64,000 nt of DNA from Octopus sinensis (GCF_006345805.1 NC_043011.1:61454464-61518463); one strand, 5' to 3'. Positions 1 through 13,319 are shown, counted from the stretch's first letter. The notes: generated by a model not told the origin, from the sequence alone. Numbers and translations: made by a program.

Positions 1-669
1 TTGAAAAAGGTCTTTCTATGTTCGAGGATATGGATCCAAATGCTCGACGCTTTTCCAAGATTACGGGGACTTGCCACGAAGCTTTAGCTCCTTATAATGT
101 AATCTTTGAGAAAAAGAAGACAGTTCAAGGAACTCTCAACTGGTTTTTAAGCATATCGAACAGCGAGAATAGCCAGATTCAGCTGTTAATGTTGACAATC
201 CACAGCCATCTACGTCTGCGATGTACACCACAAAATTGTATGTGTGTACTGGTAAATTTAAAATAGTTTAGTATTTTTACTATTGCCAAATAATAATAAT
301 TAATGAATTTGTTTTTTGAAGATTAAAAAAAGGCTTTTATTTTACCATATCTTATTGCAAACTGCATTTACCATGACTTATTGTATTTTACCATGTCTTC
401 TTGCAAACTGCATTTCTGAATAAAGCGTCTGCGATGTACGGTAAACACCAAATTGTATTCGTAAATTTAGATTACTTTTTTTCACTGCGTTTTTATTAAC
501 CATGTATTATTGAAGATGCATTCATGAATAACGTACAGAACTGTGTATGTTTATTATGGTTTTAGCCAAGAGACAAGTAAATTCGGCCTAGCCTAGCCTA
601 GAGACAAGTTAATTCGACTTAAGTCGTGACTCCTGGCAGCAATTAACGACGTAGGGTGAAGTATTCCTG
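1..669 (+). mobile_element. 3' part of a pogo/Tigger DNA transposon (transposase C-terminus plus right TIR)
   Basis: 18-150 reads FEDMDPNARRFSKI...ALAPYNVIFEKKKTVQGTLNWFL, matching the remembered Tigger1 C-terminus (FENMDPNTERFSLIERNVHGALSAYKQIYDEKKK). It ends in CGACGTAGGGTGAAGTATTCCTG, whose reverse complement CAGGAATAC... resembles a pogo TIR start. The TA target site is not intact (CA). Confidence 0.65.
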
Positions 670-994
670 CATATGGAATCTGAGCAAAAAAGGTAACTAG
701 TAACTTTAGCTGTGGCTGTCCAGTTTTAGTCGCGAAATAACACTGCCTTGGGCTTGTTAATGCTGACTGCTTTCATACCGTGGGAGTTTATGTCAGCACC
801 GAGGAATACTAACTGTGAAGAACAGATTCTCTGAAAATGACATACAAAATAATTAATGTAACTAATGAAACAAGAAAAATAAAAGGCAAAAGACAAGCAT
901 ACAGCTGTCCTAATTACACTGATTGCAAGGCAATCAGCATCGTCCTTCATGCAAATTATATCTTGAGGCGAGAAGCGATGTAGCATCATCAACA

Positions 995-1252
995 GTAATG
1001 ACTGTAGTAATAAGACTAATTACACTGATGATGATGATGATGGTTGTGGTGGTGGTGGCAGTGGTGGTGATGGGGGGGGACGGTGGTTGTGGTGGTGATT
1101 ATGATTATGATGATGACGAAACTATTTTGATCGTAAAGTGCAAACTGAAAGCTAACCGCAAATAATTATATACTAAGGAAATATAACCAGTTTCAGTAAT
1201 AATAATAATAATAGTAAATAATAACAATAATAATAATAATAATAATAATAAC

Positions 1253-1298
<46 letters not shown>

Positions 1299-1372
1299 TA
1301 ATAATAATAATAATAATAGTAATGCTAATGATGATGGTGATGGTAATGGTGGTGGTGATGATGATGATGATG
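995..1372. repeat. Compound trinucleotide microsatellite (GAT/GGT/AAT)
   Basis: Directly visible. Confidence 0.9.
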
Positions 1373-1374
1373 TC

Positions 1375-2004
1375 TAGTGAACACTGCAACAAGTATGGAC
1401 TGTGCATTGGATAATGCAAAGTATGATAATGCAAAGATCCTATGGGATTTTATGATTCAGTGCGACCATGAGATAGAGAATAGGAAGTCAGACGTTAATT
1501 GAGAAAGAAAACAAACTATGCTGGATCATAGAGATAGCATGCCCAGCTGACAACAATGTATGCAATAAGGAAGAAAGAAAAGTCGAGAGAAAATGGATTG
1601 AACGACACTCCATAATTGATAGCACTACAATTTCTTCCATACATCATGACACACCTAGTATATTTGGTGAGCTAATATATTTACACTGCTTTGTATATTG
1701 ATTCTTATTCTGAGTGACATGACAGGTTAGCATGAGAAGTTAAGCAGTTGTGGTCGCTGAAAAAGGTGGTAGTAGTACCAATAATTGTCGGAGCCCTGGG
1801 AACAGCAAGCAAAAATCTTGAGAAATACATGGGACAAATAGGGGCTGCAATAAGAGTGGAGCACTTGCAGAAAACAGCACTGCTTGGAACCGATCGAATA
1901 CTCCGGAAGGTGCTCGAAAAATAAGAGGTGTTACCTAAGTTCACTGGTATAGAACAGCTAACACCGTTCTAGATCTCCAGCGTTAGAAGCTGTACAACTA
2001 TATT
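1375..2004 (+). mobile_element. 5'-truncated R4/Dong-like non-LTR retrotransposon (REL endonuclease end plus 3' UTR)
   Basis: Translates as KILWDFMIQCDHEIENRKSDV..KENKLCWIIEIACPADNN and EVKQLWSLKKVVVVPIIVGALGTASKNLEKYMGQIGAAIRVEHLQKTALLGTDRILRKVLEK* (PD..D/E REL motif and typical R4 C-terminus). A short UTR and (TAA)n from about 2005 follow. Interrupted at 1585-1713. Confidence 0.8.
1585..1713. repeat. Unclassified ~130-bp interspersed repeat, copy 1 (inside the Dong-like fragment)
   Basis: Near-identical to 4308-4433 (GATGGATTGAACGACACTCC...TTTACACTGCTTTG). Confidence 0.7.
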
Positions 2005-2036
2005 AAATAATAATAATAATAATAATAGTAATAATA

Positions 2037-2067
<31 letters not shown>

Positions 2068-2091
2068 TAAATAATAAAAGTAAATAATAAC

Positions 2092-2176
<85 letters not shown>
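2005..2176. repeat. (AAT)n then (GAT)n microsatellite
   Basis: Directly visible. Confidence 0.9.
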
Positions 2177-2289
2177 GGGTTTTCGAGGGGGGATGACCTC
2201 CCTTTGTAAATATCATAAGGGCACAGAAATTGTGTCTAAGGCCAGCTGGAGACGTCGATCTCCTGGGGCTAAAAGCGTCAGTAACAGCC
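2177..2289 (-). mobile_element. Probable 3' end of a non-LTR retroelement with a (CAT)n tail (RTE-like)
   Basis: The minus strand runs GCTTTTAGCCCCAGGAG...CTCGAAAACCC directly into (CAT)n. Family assignment is from memory only. Confidence 0.4.
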
Positions 2290-2730
2290 ACCTCCAGTGG
2301 CTAGCCACATTCAGATGGCTAGTACACTTTACGTTGTCGAGCGGTTACTATTTACATCTCGTTCGGAGATTTAATAAAATATATACAAATACACAAAATT
2401 CACTGTTTTTAAATCACTTGACCTAAAAATGCAGACCAGTGTCTGGAAGTGTTGACCATTTCAGAATTATTGCCTGAAATAGGAAACCTAATTTATATTA
2501 AATCACACCTTCGCCGATGATACCAGAATAACAACGAAACATATTTTAATTATCTCCCTTATTTAACGTCGTCCTGAATGTTTTATGAATCGGGGACTAA
2601 AAGCCTTTCCCGCCGCGTGATATATTTATGCATGTCTCAGTTGCCCGTCTTAACACAAGCATCATTATGTGCAGTTGCTCTGACTTTATTTAAAGCCAGC
2701 ATAACGTGTACATCATCACCTGCACTCTTA

Positions 2731-2949
2731 GAAGAAGAAGAAGACGAGAAGAAGAAGAAGACGAGAAGAAAGAAGAAGAAGAAGAAGAAGAAGAAGAAGA
2801 AGAAGAAGAAGAAGAAAAGAAGAAGAAGAAGAAGAAAGAGAAGAAGAAGAAGAAGAAAAGAAGAAGAAGAAGAAGAAGAAGAAGAAGAAGAAGAAGAAGA
2901 AGAAGAAGAAGAAGAAGAAGAAGAAGAAGAAGAAGAAGAAGAAGAAGAA
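2731..2949. repeat. (GAA)n polypurine microsatellite
   Basis: Directly visible, about 220 bp. Confidence 0.95.
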
Positions 2950-3725
2950 TTCAAAACTCAGAAACGCAGAAAACACATGCTCTTTCTCTAGGTATTTGAT
3001 ATTATCTTATTTCCAAGATAAGTATTAGCTGCCGATTCAATAGCTCTCGGCGTATAAACGGGAAGGTTCTTTTTTTAAAACATTATTTTCGGTCTAAATC
3101 AATAGAATAAACTTGAATCAGCCTGGAAGAAAGTCGAGGAAGTTATGGGTACTGCAACATCCCAATTGACTTCATCACGATGAAGAAAAAAGTAGATGAC
3201 AACAGGTGATTTGGCTCTCAGATAAGTCATTGAAAGCTAGGTGATCCGCCATGCGCTGTAGTCTTGCTTGGAATATACATGAATACTTTAAATATACATG
3301 AATACACGTGTATTCACACGTAATCCAAGTCAACACACACATATATATATGTAGTACACAGACGCACACACACACAAAGATTAACAGATCAAATGTAGCT
3401 ATGTGTATGTGTATACGCATGTATATATGTATATATATGCATATGCACGCATGTATGCATATATATACACGCACGTATCTATATATATACATATTTATTT
3501 GTATGAATATATACACTGTGCATATGTACATATGTATTATTTTACGTATGTGTGGGTGTACGTGGAGACACACACGCAAAATATGCAAATATATTTCAAA
3601 GATCTACTGAGATATCGCATGCCACTCTCTTACAGTTAGTATACACACACACACACACACACATATATATGTATGCATCTTGCGTTGTTGTTTTCTGGTT
3701 TTTGTTTTCTTGTTTGGATTAACTG

Positions 3726-3788
<63 letters not shown>

Positions 3789-3877
3789 CTTATACGTATA
3801 CATATATTTACATATAATCATACACACACGCATACACGCGACAACATTTATATATACATATATAAACATATAAATAC

Positions 3878-3924
<47 letters not shown>

Positions 3925-4229
3925 TATATTTATATATTATATACACATATATTGATGTATGAGTATGTGTGTGGATATGCGTGTGTGTGAGGGTAGGTAG
4001 AGCGGAGTATTTGGGAGATGACTTATTCTAAACAGCGAATAATTAAAATTGAAGTAATCCGATTAAGCTGTGTAATTTTCAATCTCACCATGTTGATAAA
4101 TTGCAAAGCCTATCACATTACGGTACACACACACACGCGCGCACGTATACATATATAGGTACGCATACCTCCATATTTACGCAAATATATATGTATATAT
4201 ATATATATACGCACATACATACTCACACA

Positions 4230-4270
<41 letters not shown>

Positions 4271-4307
4271 ACGCATGTAATTATGTATGTATGTGCGTAA
4301 AGAATAA

Positions 4308-4433
4308 GAGAAGATGGATTGAACGACACTCCATAATTGATAGCACTACAATTTCTTCCATACATTATTACACACCTAGTATATTTGGTGAGCTAATATA
4401 TTTACACTGCTTTGGGTATTCCTTCTTGTTCTG
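4308..4433. repeat. Unclassified ~130-bp interspersed repeat, copy 2
   Basis: Matches 1585-1713 in the same orientation. Confidence 0.7.
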
Positions 4434-4693
4434 ACATGGCACTATGATGTAACGCAGGACAGCAGGACTTATTCAAAATATTCACCTGAAGGCGCACTCT
4501 TTATACGTTTGATAGATGTTAGCTATGAAGCTATATTTTAATTATATCGTCTCATCAATGTACAAGGTGTGTTACAATGTGTGGAAACGTTTGTAGTAAT
4601 ATGCAATAATATAGTTCAATCCATTTTCTCTCATTCATCACTTTATATAAGCTCTATGTATTCAATAGAATTCAAAACGTATTTGGTTCACAT

Positions 4694-4740
<47 letters not shown>

Positions 4741-5159
4741 TGCTTTGTTGGAGCATTGTTTCCATATTTCTGCTCTCCTCATGTCCAGATGAGAAGAAAA
4801 TCCTGATTCCGAAATACTGAAGAAATATGCAGTAAATCCTCCCCCTCTTCTGTTCTTCATTTGGCATTGTTTCAGCCTAAACAGGCTTTTATGTTATTTC
4901 GTACAATATGAGATTTCAAGACATCCTTCTTCCTTTCTTCAATACAATTTTGTGGGCTTTACTTTTCTGAAGATGTAGAATAAAACCAAAACATTTTCAG
5001 TGTTTTCACTATTTGTCTTCAAAAGCCAGGTCCACGTTTAAAACCTGCTGTCGTTTCCATTCTTCAAACATTTCGAACAATGAACTTGACCAATGAGACA
5101 ACTACACTTCATTTATCTTTCAAATCCTTTCGTTTTAGTATTATACATAACTTTATTAT

Positions 5160-5352
5160 GGCGGTGAACTCGCGAAACCGTAAGCACGACGGGAAAATGC
5201 TTAGCAGCATTTCGTCCGTCTTTACGTTCTGAGTTCAAATTCTGCTGAGGTCGACTTTGCCTTTCATCATTTCGGGATCGATAAAGTGACAGTTAAACAC
5301 TGAGGTCGATGTATTCCCCCGAAATTGCTGGCCTAGTGCTAAAATTAGAAAC
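5160..5352 (+). mobile_element. tRNA-derived SINE, family 1
   Basis: A-box-like head, B box GAGTTCAAATTC, and central GTCGACTTTGCCTTTCATC..GTCGATAAA block shared with more than 10 copies in the window. Confidence 0.85.
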
Positions 5353-5673
5353 AATTATGTTTAATATTATAACGTAATACCTTATTTCCTAAGCTAATAC
5401 ATTATGGCGTGATTTGAGGAAAATCTGACTGTTATTTCTGCCTGGTCGTGACCCACTTTGGTTTGTTCGTCTGACATCGCATTTTTTTAATGGTAGTTTA
5501 TCCTCTTTAATATTTGTTTCCATAACATTTCACGTCATACATCAATTTTGCAGACATAATATTTGTCTAGTAATTGCTTGGATTATCTCAAGTCATCGAA
5601 GTTTTTCAATTGACTGCATAACAATATAAACACACACAGAAGTATATATATATATATATATATATTATATAAT

Positions 5674-5706
<33 letters not shown>

Positions 5707-5793
5707 TATATAATATATATATTATTATATATATATATATATATATATATATCTATATATATATACATATATATATATATAATATATATCTAT

Positions 5794-5826
<33 letters not shown>

Positions 5827-6226
5827 TACATATATATGTATATGTGTGGGTGGATGTGTATTTGTGTAGGGAAATCGTATCGTATAGAACATCTACTTTA
5901 CCCAATATATTATTTTTAGTATCTAGAGCCGAGCAAATATACCAATTCTATTGGGAATCGGTGTGAAAACTATCAACCTATAGATCAGAATGTTTCCCTC
6001 ACATACCCACTCACCCTAACATAATATTTTACTACGTTATTATTAATTGGGATTAGGGGTCGTCATATCACCCATTCGTTTGTTTGGTTTTCTTAAACGT
6101 TGTTCACAGATTTTTACCTACTTCCGATACAAGTATAATCTTAATTATTGCAAGTTATCGTTCTTGTCACGTTAATTGTGTTTCGTGTCTTTCATACTTT
6201 CCTTATAATTTACTAGAATTACTCTA

Positions 6227-6612
6227 GGCACGGGTGTGTGGTTAATTGGTTCGTTCCTTAATTACGTTGTTTTCCGTTTAGTTCCATTGCGCTACACATT
6301 GGAATAATATCTTCTATTAAAGGCTCAGTCTGACCAAAGCCTTGTGAGTAAATTTGGTCGACGGAAACTATGTGGAGCTCCGTCATGTTTGTGTGTTTGC
6401 GTGTGTGCCCTTGTTTTTGTGCTTGTCTTCTCACACAACACTTGACAATTGGTGTTGCTTTACTTACGTCCTCATGTCCTAGCGGTTCGGCCTAAGAGAT
6501 CGATAGAAAAGTACCAGACTTAAAAATAAGTACCGAGGCCGATTAATCCGGATAAATGCTCTAAGGTGGTGCTCCAGCATGACCGCACGCCGAGCACTGA
6601 AACAAGTAAAAT
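6227..6612 (+). mobile_element. Degenerate tRNA-derived SINE, family 2 (CORE-like, internal TG tract)
   Basis: Contains CCAAAGCCTTGTGAGT, GACGGAAACT and GGTGCTCCAGCATG..ACTGAAACAAGTAAAA, shared with 26080-26455. Confidence 0.7.
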
Positions 6613-7040
6613 CAAAATGTACCAAAAATCCCTGTACATCAGTTTTCTGAGACTGGATGAGATTATTACTCTATCATAATTTACTGGGGTTTCTACGTGT
6701 GTAAGGTTTGTAAAATAAATGAAGAAATATTTAAAAAGGAAGGCAAGATAACCTATGATGAAAGATAACAGGATTTACAGATATATACCTCGGATCAGTG
6801 ACACATCTCAATGTGACAACTTCGTAATTCTTAAGAGAGACACGTCTCAGACCAGTAGCAGAGCACACTGCTCTAGTTTTACACTTGCTGATATAAGTGT
6901 ATCTTGGATTAAAAAGAGATCGCAGTTTTGTAACTCCACAATTGCTAACAAGATCTTTTCGGACAAACAGCGGGCCGCATTGGTGCAACGATACAATGTT
7001 AGCAGGGACAAATCTTGGCTAAATGGAAGTAATAAATATT

Positions 7041-7721
7041 CCTTTCTACAATAAGCAAAAGGTAAAAGGAATTTGGTGGAAGGAGGTTAGTCCATTACAT
7101 CGACCCCATTGCTTGTCTGGTTCTCATGTTATAGGTCACGAAAGGATGAATGTCAAGGCTGACCTCAGCGGAATTGGAACTCAGAGCGTAAAAGTGCACG
7201 AAATGCTGCTAAGCATTTTACCCACCTCTGCTAACCCTTCTGGCAGCACGCCGCCTTGCCGTAAAGCAATAAATATTGATTTCAAATTTTGGAACAAGGC
7301 CAGCAATTTCGGAAGGGGGGTAAGTCGACTACATCGACCCCAGTTTACAACTGGTACTTATTTTACCGATCTCGAAAGGATGAAAAGCAATGTCGACTTC
7401 GGCGGAATTTGATCACAGAACGTACTGAATGCACGATACGTTGCTAAGAATTATACTCGGCGAGAGCTAACGATTCTTTCCTACTCCAGGCACAAGGTCC
7501 GAAATTTTGGGGGACGGAACAGTCGATTAGATCGCCCCAGTACGCAACTGGCACTTAATTTACCGACCCCGAAAGGATAAAAGGCAAAGTCGACCTCGGC
7601 GGAATTTGAACTCAGAACGTAAAGACGGACGAAACGCCGCTAAGCATTTTGCCCGGCGTGCTAACGTTTCTGCCAGCTCACCGCCATACAAGAGCTAACC
7701 ATTCTGCCAGTTTGCCGCCTT
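7041..7721 (-). mobile_element. Cluster of three family-1 SINEs, one nested with a 15-bp TSD
   Basis: Copies at about 7041-7257, 7270-7477 plus 7691-7721, and 7478-7686. AGAGCTAACGATTCT (7463-7477) and AGAGCTAACCATTCT (7691-7705) flank the third copy. Confidence 0.85.
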
Positions 7722-7744
7722 AGTGTACAGCAATATATATCAAT

Positions 7745-7789
<45 letters not shown>

Positions 7790-9259
7790 CCGCAAACTAT
7801 AATCTTATAATTAACGGCAGAGACAAAACCTGGATCAACAGCCCTTTGTTCTGCTCTAATGTCACAATTCAATCGACAAACGTGTTTTCCATAATTTTGG
7901 CTAATCTTTGATGGTGAAGGTCACAGAGCGGAACTGTCGAGCTGGTGTTTTGTTCAAGAAAGTAAAAGATTCATTCCAAATTCGCAGCAAATCTATTTTG
8001 GAAATGTACGAACATTACAACTTTAATGTTTTACTTATAAACAGAGAATCCAAATCCGATATCCAGAAAATAAAATAAATTAAAATAAAATAAATGAATG
8101 ATAATAAACGGTTTGTGTTGAAAACCTCATTCCGTGACTGCTTTCTCTGTAAACAAACGTAATCCGAGGCACTTCAATAAAACACAGATTGATTAATCAT
8201 GTCGCCGAAACAGAGATTTCTACTGGATGAACGAACCAGAACGATAAAACTAACATCGTAACCCAGCACATCCGGCTCTCCCACTTCTGTTTGTTCTTAA
8301 TCTAATGTCATGCTTCCTCGTCGAATTTCAATCCGAACAGGAGAAGGTGTCAGTGGTTTCTTATGAATAAATTATTAATCTTCACCATTAGGAAATAGAT
8401 AACGACTCTGCACAAGTGTGAGAAGAAATCAATGATATATCCGTGTTGCTTGTTCAGTTTTGTGTCAATCGCTTACTCTGTTGATCTATCGTAAAAGACA
8501 TACCAGCCTGGCTACCAAGATATTTCTCTTTCCAGCGTAGTATATCTAATACTATATATTCTTTTGTTGTCTTTTTAGGAAACAGAATTACCAGAAGGAA
8601 TAGATTCCCTGTTTGTTCGCTCCCGCCCCTTTTAGTCGCTTCTTACGAGACGCAGGGAATACGGCGATTGCATTCTAATTTGATAATTAACCCTTAGCAA
8701 ACCACTCCGGGTCAGTGTAGACCTGAGAACAATAGTGGTTTAGAGGTGGTTCCACATTCCCGAAATCCTGAAACCAGGATCCCAGGGTCCCACTACCGGA
8801 AGTAGTTTAGAGTCATACCCAGGACAAATGAATGGAAATGAATGGAATGCCAGACGTGTATGTTGTTGTGGTTACCCCCTCCCATGGGGAACAGGACTTG
8901 GTAAATAAATGAATAAATACAAAGGCATATTTCTTCATATTATTTTACTTTTAAACAAAACAATTCGTTATTCTTCTGTCCGTTCCAGCCATTGGAGAGC
9001 GGAGTGTGGACATTGGAGTGTTTGGTAGGTTTGTCAAGGTATCGACACTTCAAGCATGCTGCAGATAGGTCGTCTTCACCCTGGCTCCTTTCATATAATT
9101 ATATACATATGTACATTATCATTAATTTAATATATTAATTGCCTATAAATTTTTATAGCAAGCTGACTACTTGATAAAACTCGTTAACGTGATTTTTATC
9201 CCTATATTCTTTCATGAATTAATAAGTAATTATATATATATATATATTATTATATTATA

Positions 9260-9642
9260 CTAGCAGTATCGCCCGGCGTTGCTCGGGTTTGTAAGGGAAA
9301 TAACTATATAAGCATTTTTAGAGAGTTATAGCCAAAAAATAGCAAAAAAATGCATTAAAAATGGAAAAAAAAAATTTTTATCGTTGGCTCATCGTAGACA
9401 TCTTTAGAGAGTTACTTCCTTTATATAATAGCGAAAAAATGCATTAAAATGGAAAAAATGATGGTAAATTATTTTTTAAATCGTAGACTCATCGTAGACG
9501 CGCGCTAATTCCCAGAAGCGCTCGATATGAATGACGACTATAAGATACCCGGTTTTGGTTAAACTGCACCGCAAAATGTGGGAGTAGTTAGGAATCTAAA
9601 TCGTAGGAGACAGACACACAACTTCACTTTTATATATAAAGA
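9260..9642 (-). mobile_element. Complete non-autonomous Helitron
   Basis: The minus strand begins TC(TTTATATAT), ends in CTAG, and sits between A and T. A GC hairpin (CCCGAGC-AAC-GCCGGG) lies just before the 3' end, and there is no TSD. Confidence 0.8.
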
Positions 9643-9654
9643 TTATATTATATT

Positions 9655-9855
9655 ATATAAAATCCGTTCTGTCTGTGTGTGTGTGTCTTCTAGGATCTTG
9701 AGCATCCTCCATCCGATTGCGCTCAAATTTGATATGTAGATACCGACGGTATCAGGGCGTGTATACGTCTTGGAAAAAGTACAAACATCGATTCGAGGTG
9801 AGAATGTAATCGATAAAGCCGTGGGAACGTGCATTTGTACGCGCAAGTACATCAG
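9655..9855 (+). mobile_element. 5' part of a second Helitron-like family, cut off at (GATA)n
   Basis: Homologous to 35362-35562. The (TA)n-AAAATCCGTT-(GTCT/GT)n start is typical of non-autonomous Helitron 5' ends. Confidence 0.55.
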
Positions 9856-9858
9856 GAC

Positions 9859-9902
<44 letters not shown>

Positions 9903-9931
9903 GGATGGATAGATAGATAGATAGATAGATA
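9856..9931. repeat. (GATA)n at the 3' end of Tx1 copy A
   Basis: Directly visible. Confidence 0.95.
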
Positions 9932-10993
9932 TGTTTCTTTATTAGCCACACAGGGCTGCACACAGATAGAACAAATACAAGGTAGAGCTTTTCTTTTGAA
10001 GGTATTAAAAAAAAAAAAAAAAAAAAAAAGGAAGGGGGAGGTTCGATCAAAAGGGATCGTAAAAGGAGAGAAAGAGGACAAAAATAAGGGGGGTTAAAAA
10101 AAAAAAAAAAAAAAAAAAGGGGGGGAGAGGAAAAAAAATGATCAATAGGGATCGTTATCACAGAAATGTCAATATGAAGTGTAAAGGGGAGGACAGGTGA
10201 GGTTTACCCGTGGAAAGAAAAGCCTGCGGAAAAGACCACGGTAACCTCGGTCAATGAAGTCACATTTTATATTATTTTTTTTTTTTTTTTGCAAATAAGC
10301 AACTCTCTGTTTTCGATTTCTGGGTTCATAGGACTATGCTCAAGGTGGCTTCGTCATTCATACGTGCCATTCTTGCTACATTCACCCATCTTTTTTAAAA
10401 CATTCGCTAGACAAAACTTGCCTCTCTACTCTCACTTTCCTTTTCAAGTGGTACTTGAAGAAGTTGATGAGAGATTGACCAGAGAGGAAAGTGTTTGTCT
10501 CCAATCCTTTCAGACGCGTCCACCAGATACATTCTTTCGCCATAGCCACAAGGATGATGAAAATAGCTCTTCCTTCCCGTTTGAAGGAAGGAGGCGTGAC
10601 AATATTGACGATAGACTCAGCTGATAAACCGACTCGTCCCACACGTGACAGCAGTTGTTCGACATAAGCCCACAGGTCGGAAATTGTTGGACACTGAACG
10701 AGTGCGTGCAGAACGGTTTCGTCGCTCTGACCGCATCTCGGGCAGGTCGGCCCCGTGTTTCTCGAGCCGTGTCTGTAGAGCTTATCCCGAACGGGTAGCG
10801 CTTCTCGGTAGCACTGCCAGGCCAGGGATCTCTGGAAGTTGTCCATGGGCCCTGGCCCGAAAGTCGTCCCGAACAGGCGGGTCAGGTACTCCTCGTCGAC
10901 GTCCAGGTTCGCCCCGAGCTCGTCGTCGTACCTCCCCTCCACTAAACCCCTATAGAATGCTTTGGTTGTGTTGAAGTCACTTAAGGTCGACCC
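9932..10993 (-). mobile_element. L1/Tx1-clade retrotransposon copy A, 5'-truncated (ORF2 C-terminus plus 3' UTR)
   Basis: ORF2 remnant with zf-RVT/CCHC region (REALPVRDKL..CPRCGQSDETVLHALVQCPTISDLW). A one-base homopolymer shift hides the likely end ECFKKRWVNVARMARMNDEATLSIVL* (stop at 10326-10328). T-rich 3' UTR, then AATAAA, then (TATC)n with no poly(A). Confidence 0.9.
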
Positions 10994-11031
<38 letters not shown>

Positions 11032-11074
11032 AAGATAGATAGATAGATAGATAGAGATAGATAGAAGATAGATC

Positions 11075-11112
<38 letters not shown>

Positions 11113-11115
11113 GAG

Positions 11116-11175
<60 letters not shown>

Positions 11176-11176
11176 G
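10994..11176. repeat. (GATA)n at the 5' truncation point of Tx1 copy A
   Basis: Starts on the base after the last element base (GTCGACCC|GATAGAT). Confidence 0.95.
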
Positions 11177-12257
11177 GATAACCCATGTTATGTTTGCAAA
11201 GATAGCGAGGATTTGATTTGGAAAATGTTTCGTTGCTAAATCTAAAAAATTAAGCTACAACATGCAAAGTTTGAAAGAGTGAATTGATTGGCAAAACCTA
11301 AAATCACGACGTAAAACTGAATAATCCAATAGATATTTTTCACGTTAAGAGAATCCGAGGCGTAAAGGTTACAGCGTTCGGCTCATAATCTTAAGATCGT
11401 GGTTTTAAATCCTGCAACCGAGCAAAATGCAATGTTTTTGAGCGAAGCCTCCTTCATATCACGTTGGTGCAGTCAACTAAGTCGTAAATGGGCACCAGAC
11501 GAGTGTTGATTTGTATCTTTCCCCATTATTTATCACATTCCTGCAGAATATCTGCAGAGATAAAATTCAGCAAAAAAGCAAACAAACAAAATCTAACATA
11601 GTTGAATTCGGTTGGAAATTGAACTCGCTCATCGATGATTTACATCCTTCTACTTGTATCGTCTTCACGAAATCCTGGTAATAAATTTGACTAATCAAAT
11701 ATACATTTACTTCCCATTCATGTATCCGTCTTCTTCTTTATTTAGTAAAAGATCTGTCGTCTGTAGTTTTGATGTTTAAGAATATTTCAACATCAAACGT
11801 TTGCATGGCAACATATTCCAACAGTGGCGCCGCCTATAGGGTTTTTATATTACTCCTTTATATCTGACGACGTTATTTTCTATGTTAATGCTGTTGTTGG
11901 TAGAAGTGTTCTACTTTAGTACTCACAATATTAATAGCAGTAGCAGCAGTTACTTGTAGTAGTAAAAGGAAACAAATCTCAATTCTATCAGCAAAAAGCT
12001 GAATAGTGAGAGTAACAATACCATCAAAAAATATTACTACTACTACTACTACTACTACTGCAGTTGCTGCTGCTGCTGCTGCTGCTGCTGCTACTACTAC
12101 TACTACTACTACTTGTTGAAGTTGTTATGGTTCTTTGTTGATGTGATTGCATTTTGTCTTCATTCTAGCCATGACCATCCAGTTTGTTTGGTGATCAGAA
12201 ACAGTGCATTCAATGTGCGTGCGTGAATGTATGAGAATATATTTATATCTATATTGG

Positions 12258-12272
12258 AATAGACAGACAGAC

Positions 12273-12303
<31 letters not shown>

Positions 12304-12316
12304 TAGATAGATAGAG

Positions 12317-12387
<71 letters not shown>

Positions 12388-12443
12388 CATACAGACAGAC
12401 AGAAAGACAGACATACAGTTAGATAGATAGATAGATAGATAGC

Positions 12444-12527
<84 letters not shown>

Positions 12528-12543
12528 AAGACAGACATACAGT

Positions 12544-12628
<85 letters not shown>
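12258..12628. repeat. (GATA/GACA)n array with an internally duplicated variant block
   Basis: The block GACAGAAAGACAGACATACAGTTAGATAG occurs twice. No Tx1 sequence is inside. Confidence 0.9.
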
Positions 12629-12937
12629 GACTAACATAGGTTGACAAATACATAGACGGACACACCACACACATCTATGCTATAAGCATATATTTATTTC
12701 TTTGTGAATAAATGTGTGCGAGTGAATGTTTGTGTGTGTGTCCGTCTTTGTATGTTTGTGACTGCTTAACAACTGATGCTGGTTTCTTTTCGTTCCCGTA
12801 AGAGCGGGTCAGCAAAAGACATCGATAGAATATTACCATACCTAAAGAATAAGTACTATGGGTCGATCTCTTTAACGTTTCAGAGCGGTGCTACAGCTTG
12901 ACCAATGATCACAATAAAGGATAAAATGCTATGAAGT

Positions 12938-12996
<59 letters not shown>

Positions 12997-13319
12997 ATCT
13001 CTGTATGTATATATAGGTGAAGAATTCGGAGTGGGATTCCACGTGTTGGTAAATACAAAATAAGATTTAAGGTGAAAAAAGCACAGAAATCTTGTTTGTG
13101 CAGATAAAGATCATTTACTCCATTACAATATCTACAGAGTCGACCGGTTTCCCATCGCTAACCATGACTTAATGTTAGGAAATCATAATAAGTTTTTGAT
13201 TTAATCTTGCGTAGAAGCAAGCGTGAAACAGTTTTGCATTTATACAGGCAGGTATTGCTGAAGTGGGATAATCAGTGAATATAATGTTGTTTAGGACTCC
13301 TCAACAGTATAAATAAAAC

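Noticed and set aside
3106-3205. Possible exon (LEESRGSYGYCNIPIDF.. or NKLESAWKKVEEVM)
   Set aside because: Two competing frames, weak acceptors and no recognisable product.
6755-7054. 99-aa non-repetitive ORF (MMKDNRIY..)
   Set aside because: No recognisable motif or clear splice sites; several ORFs of this length are expected by chance in six frames of 64 kb.
10645-10974. Plus-strand ORFs overlapping the Tx1 copies (also 54849-55112, 55818-56630)
   Set aside because: Antisense shadows of GC-rich ORF2 sequence.
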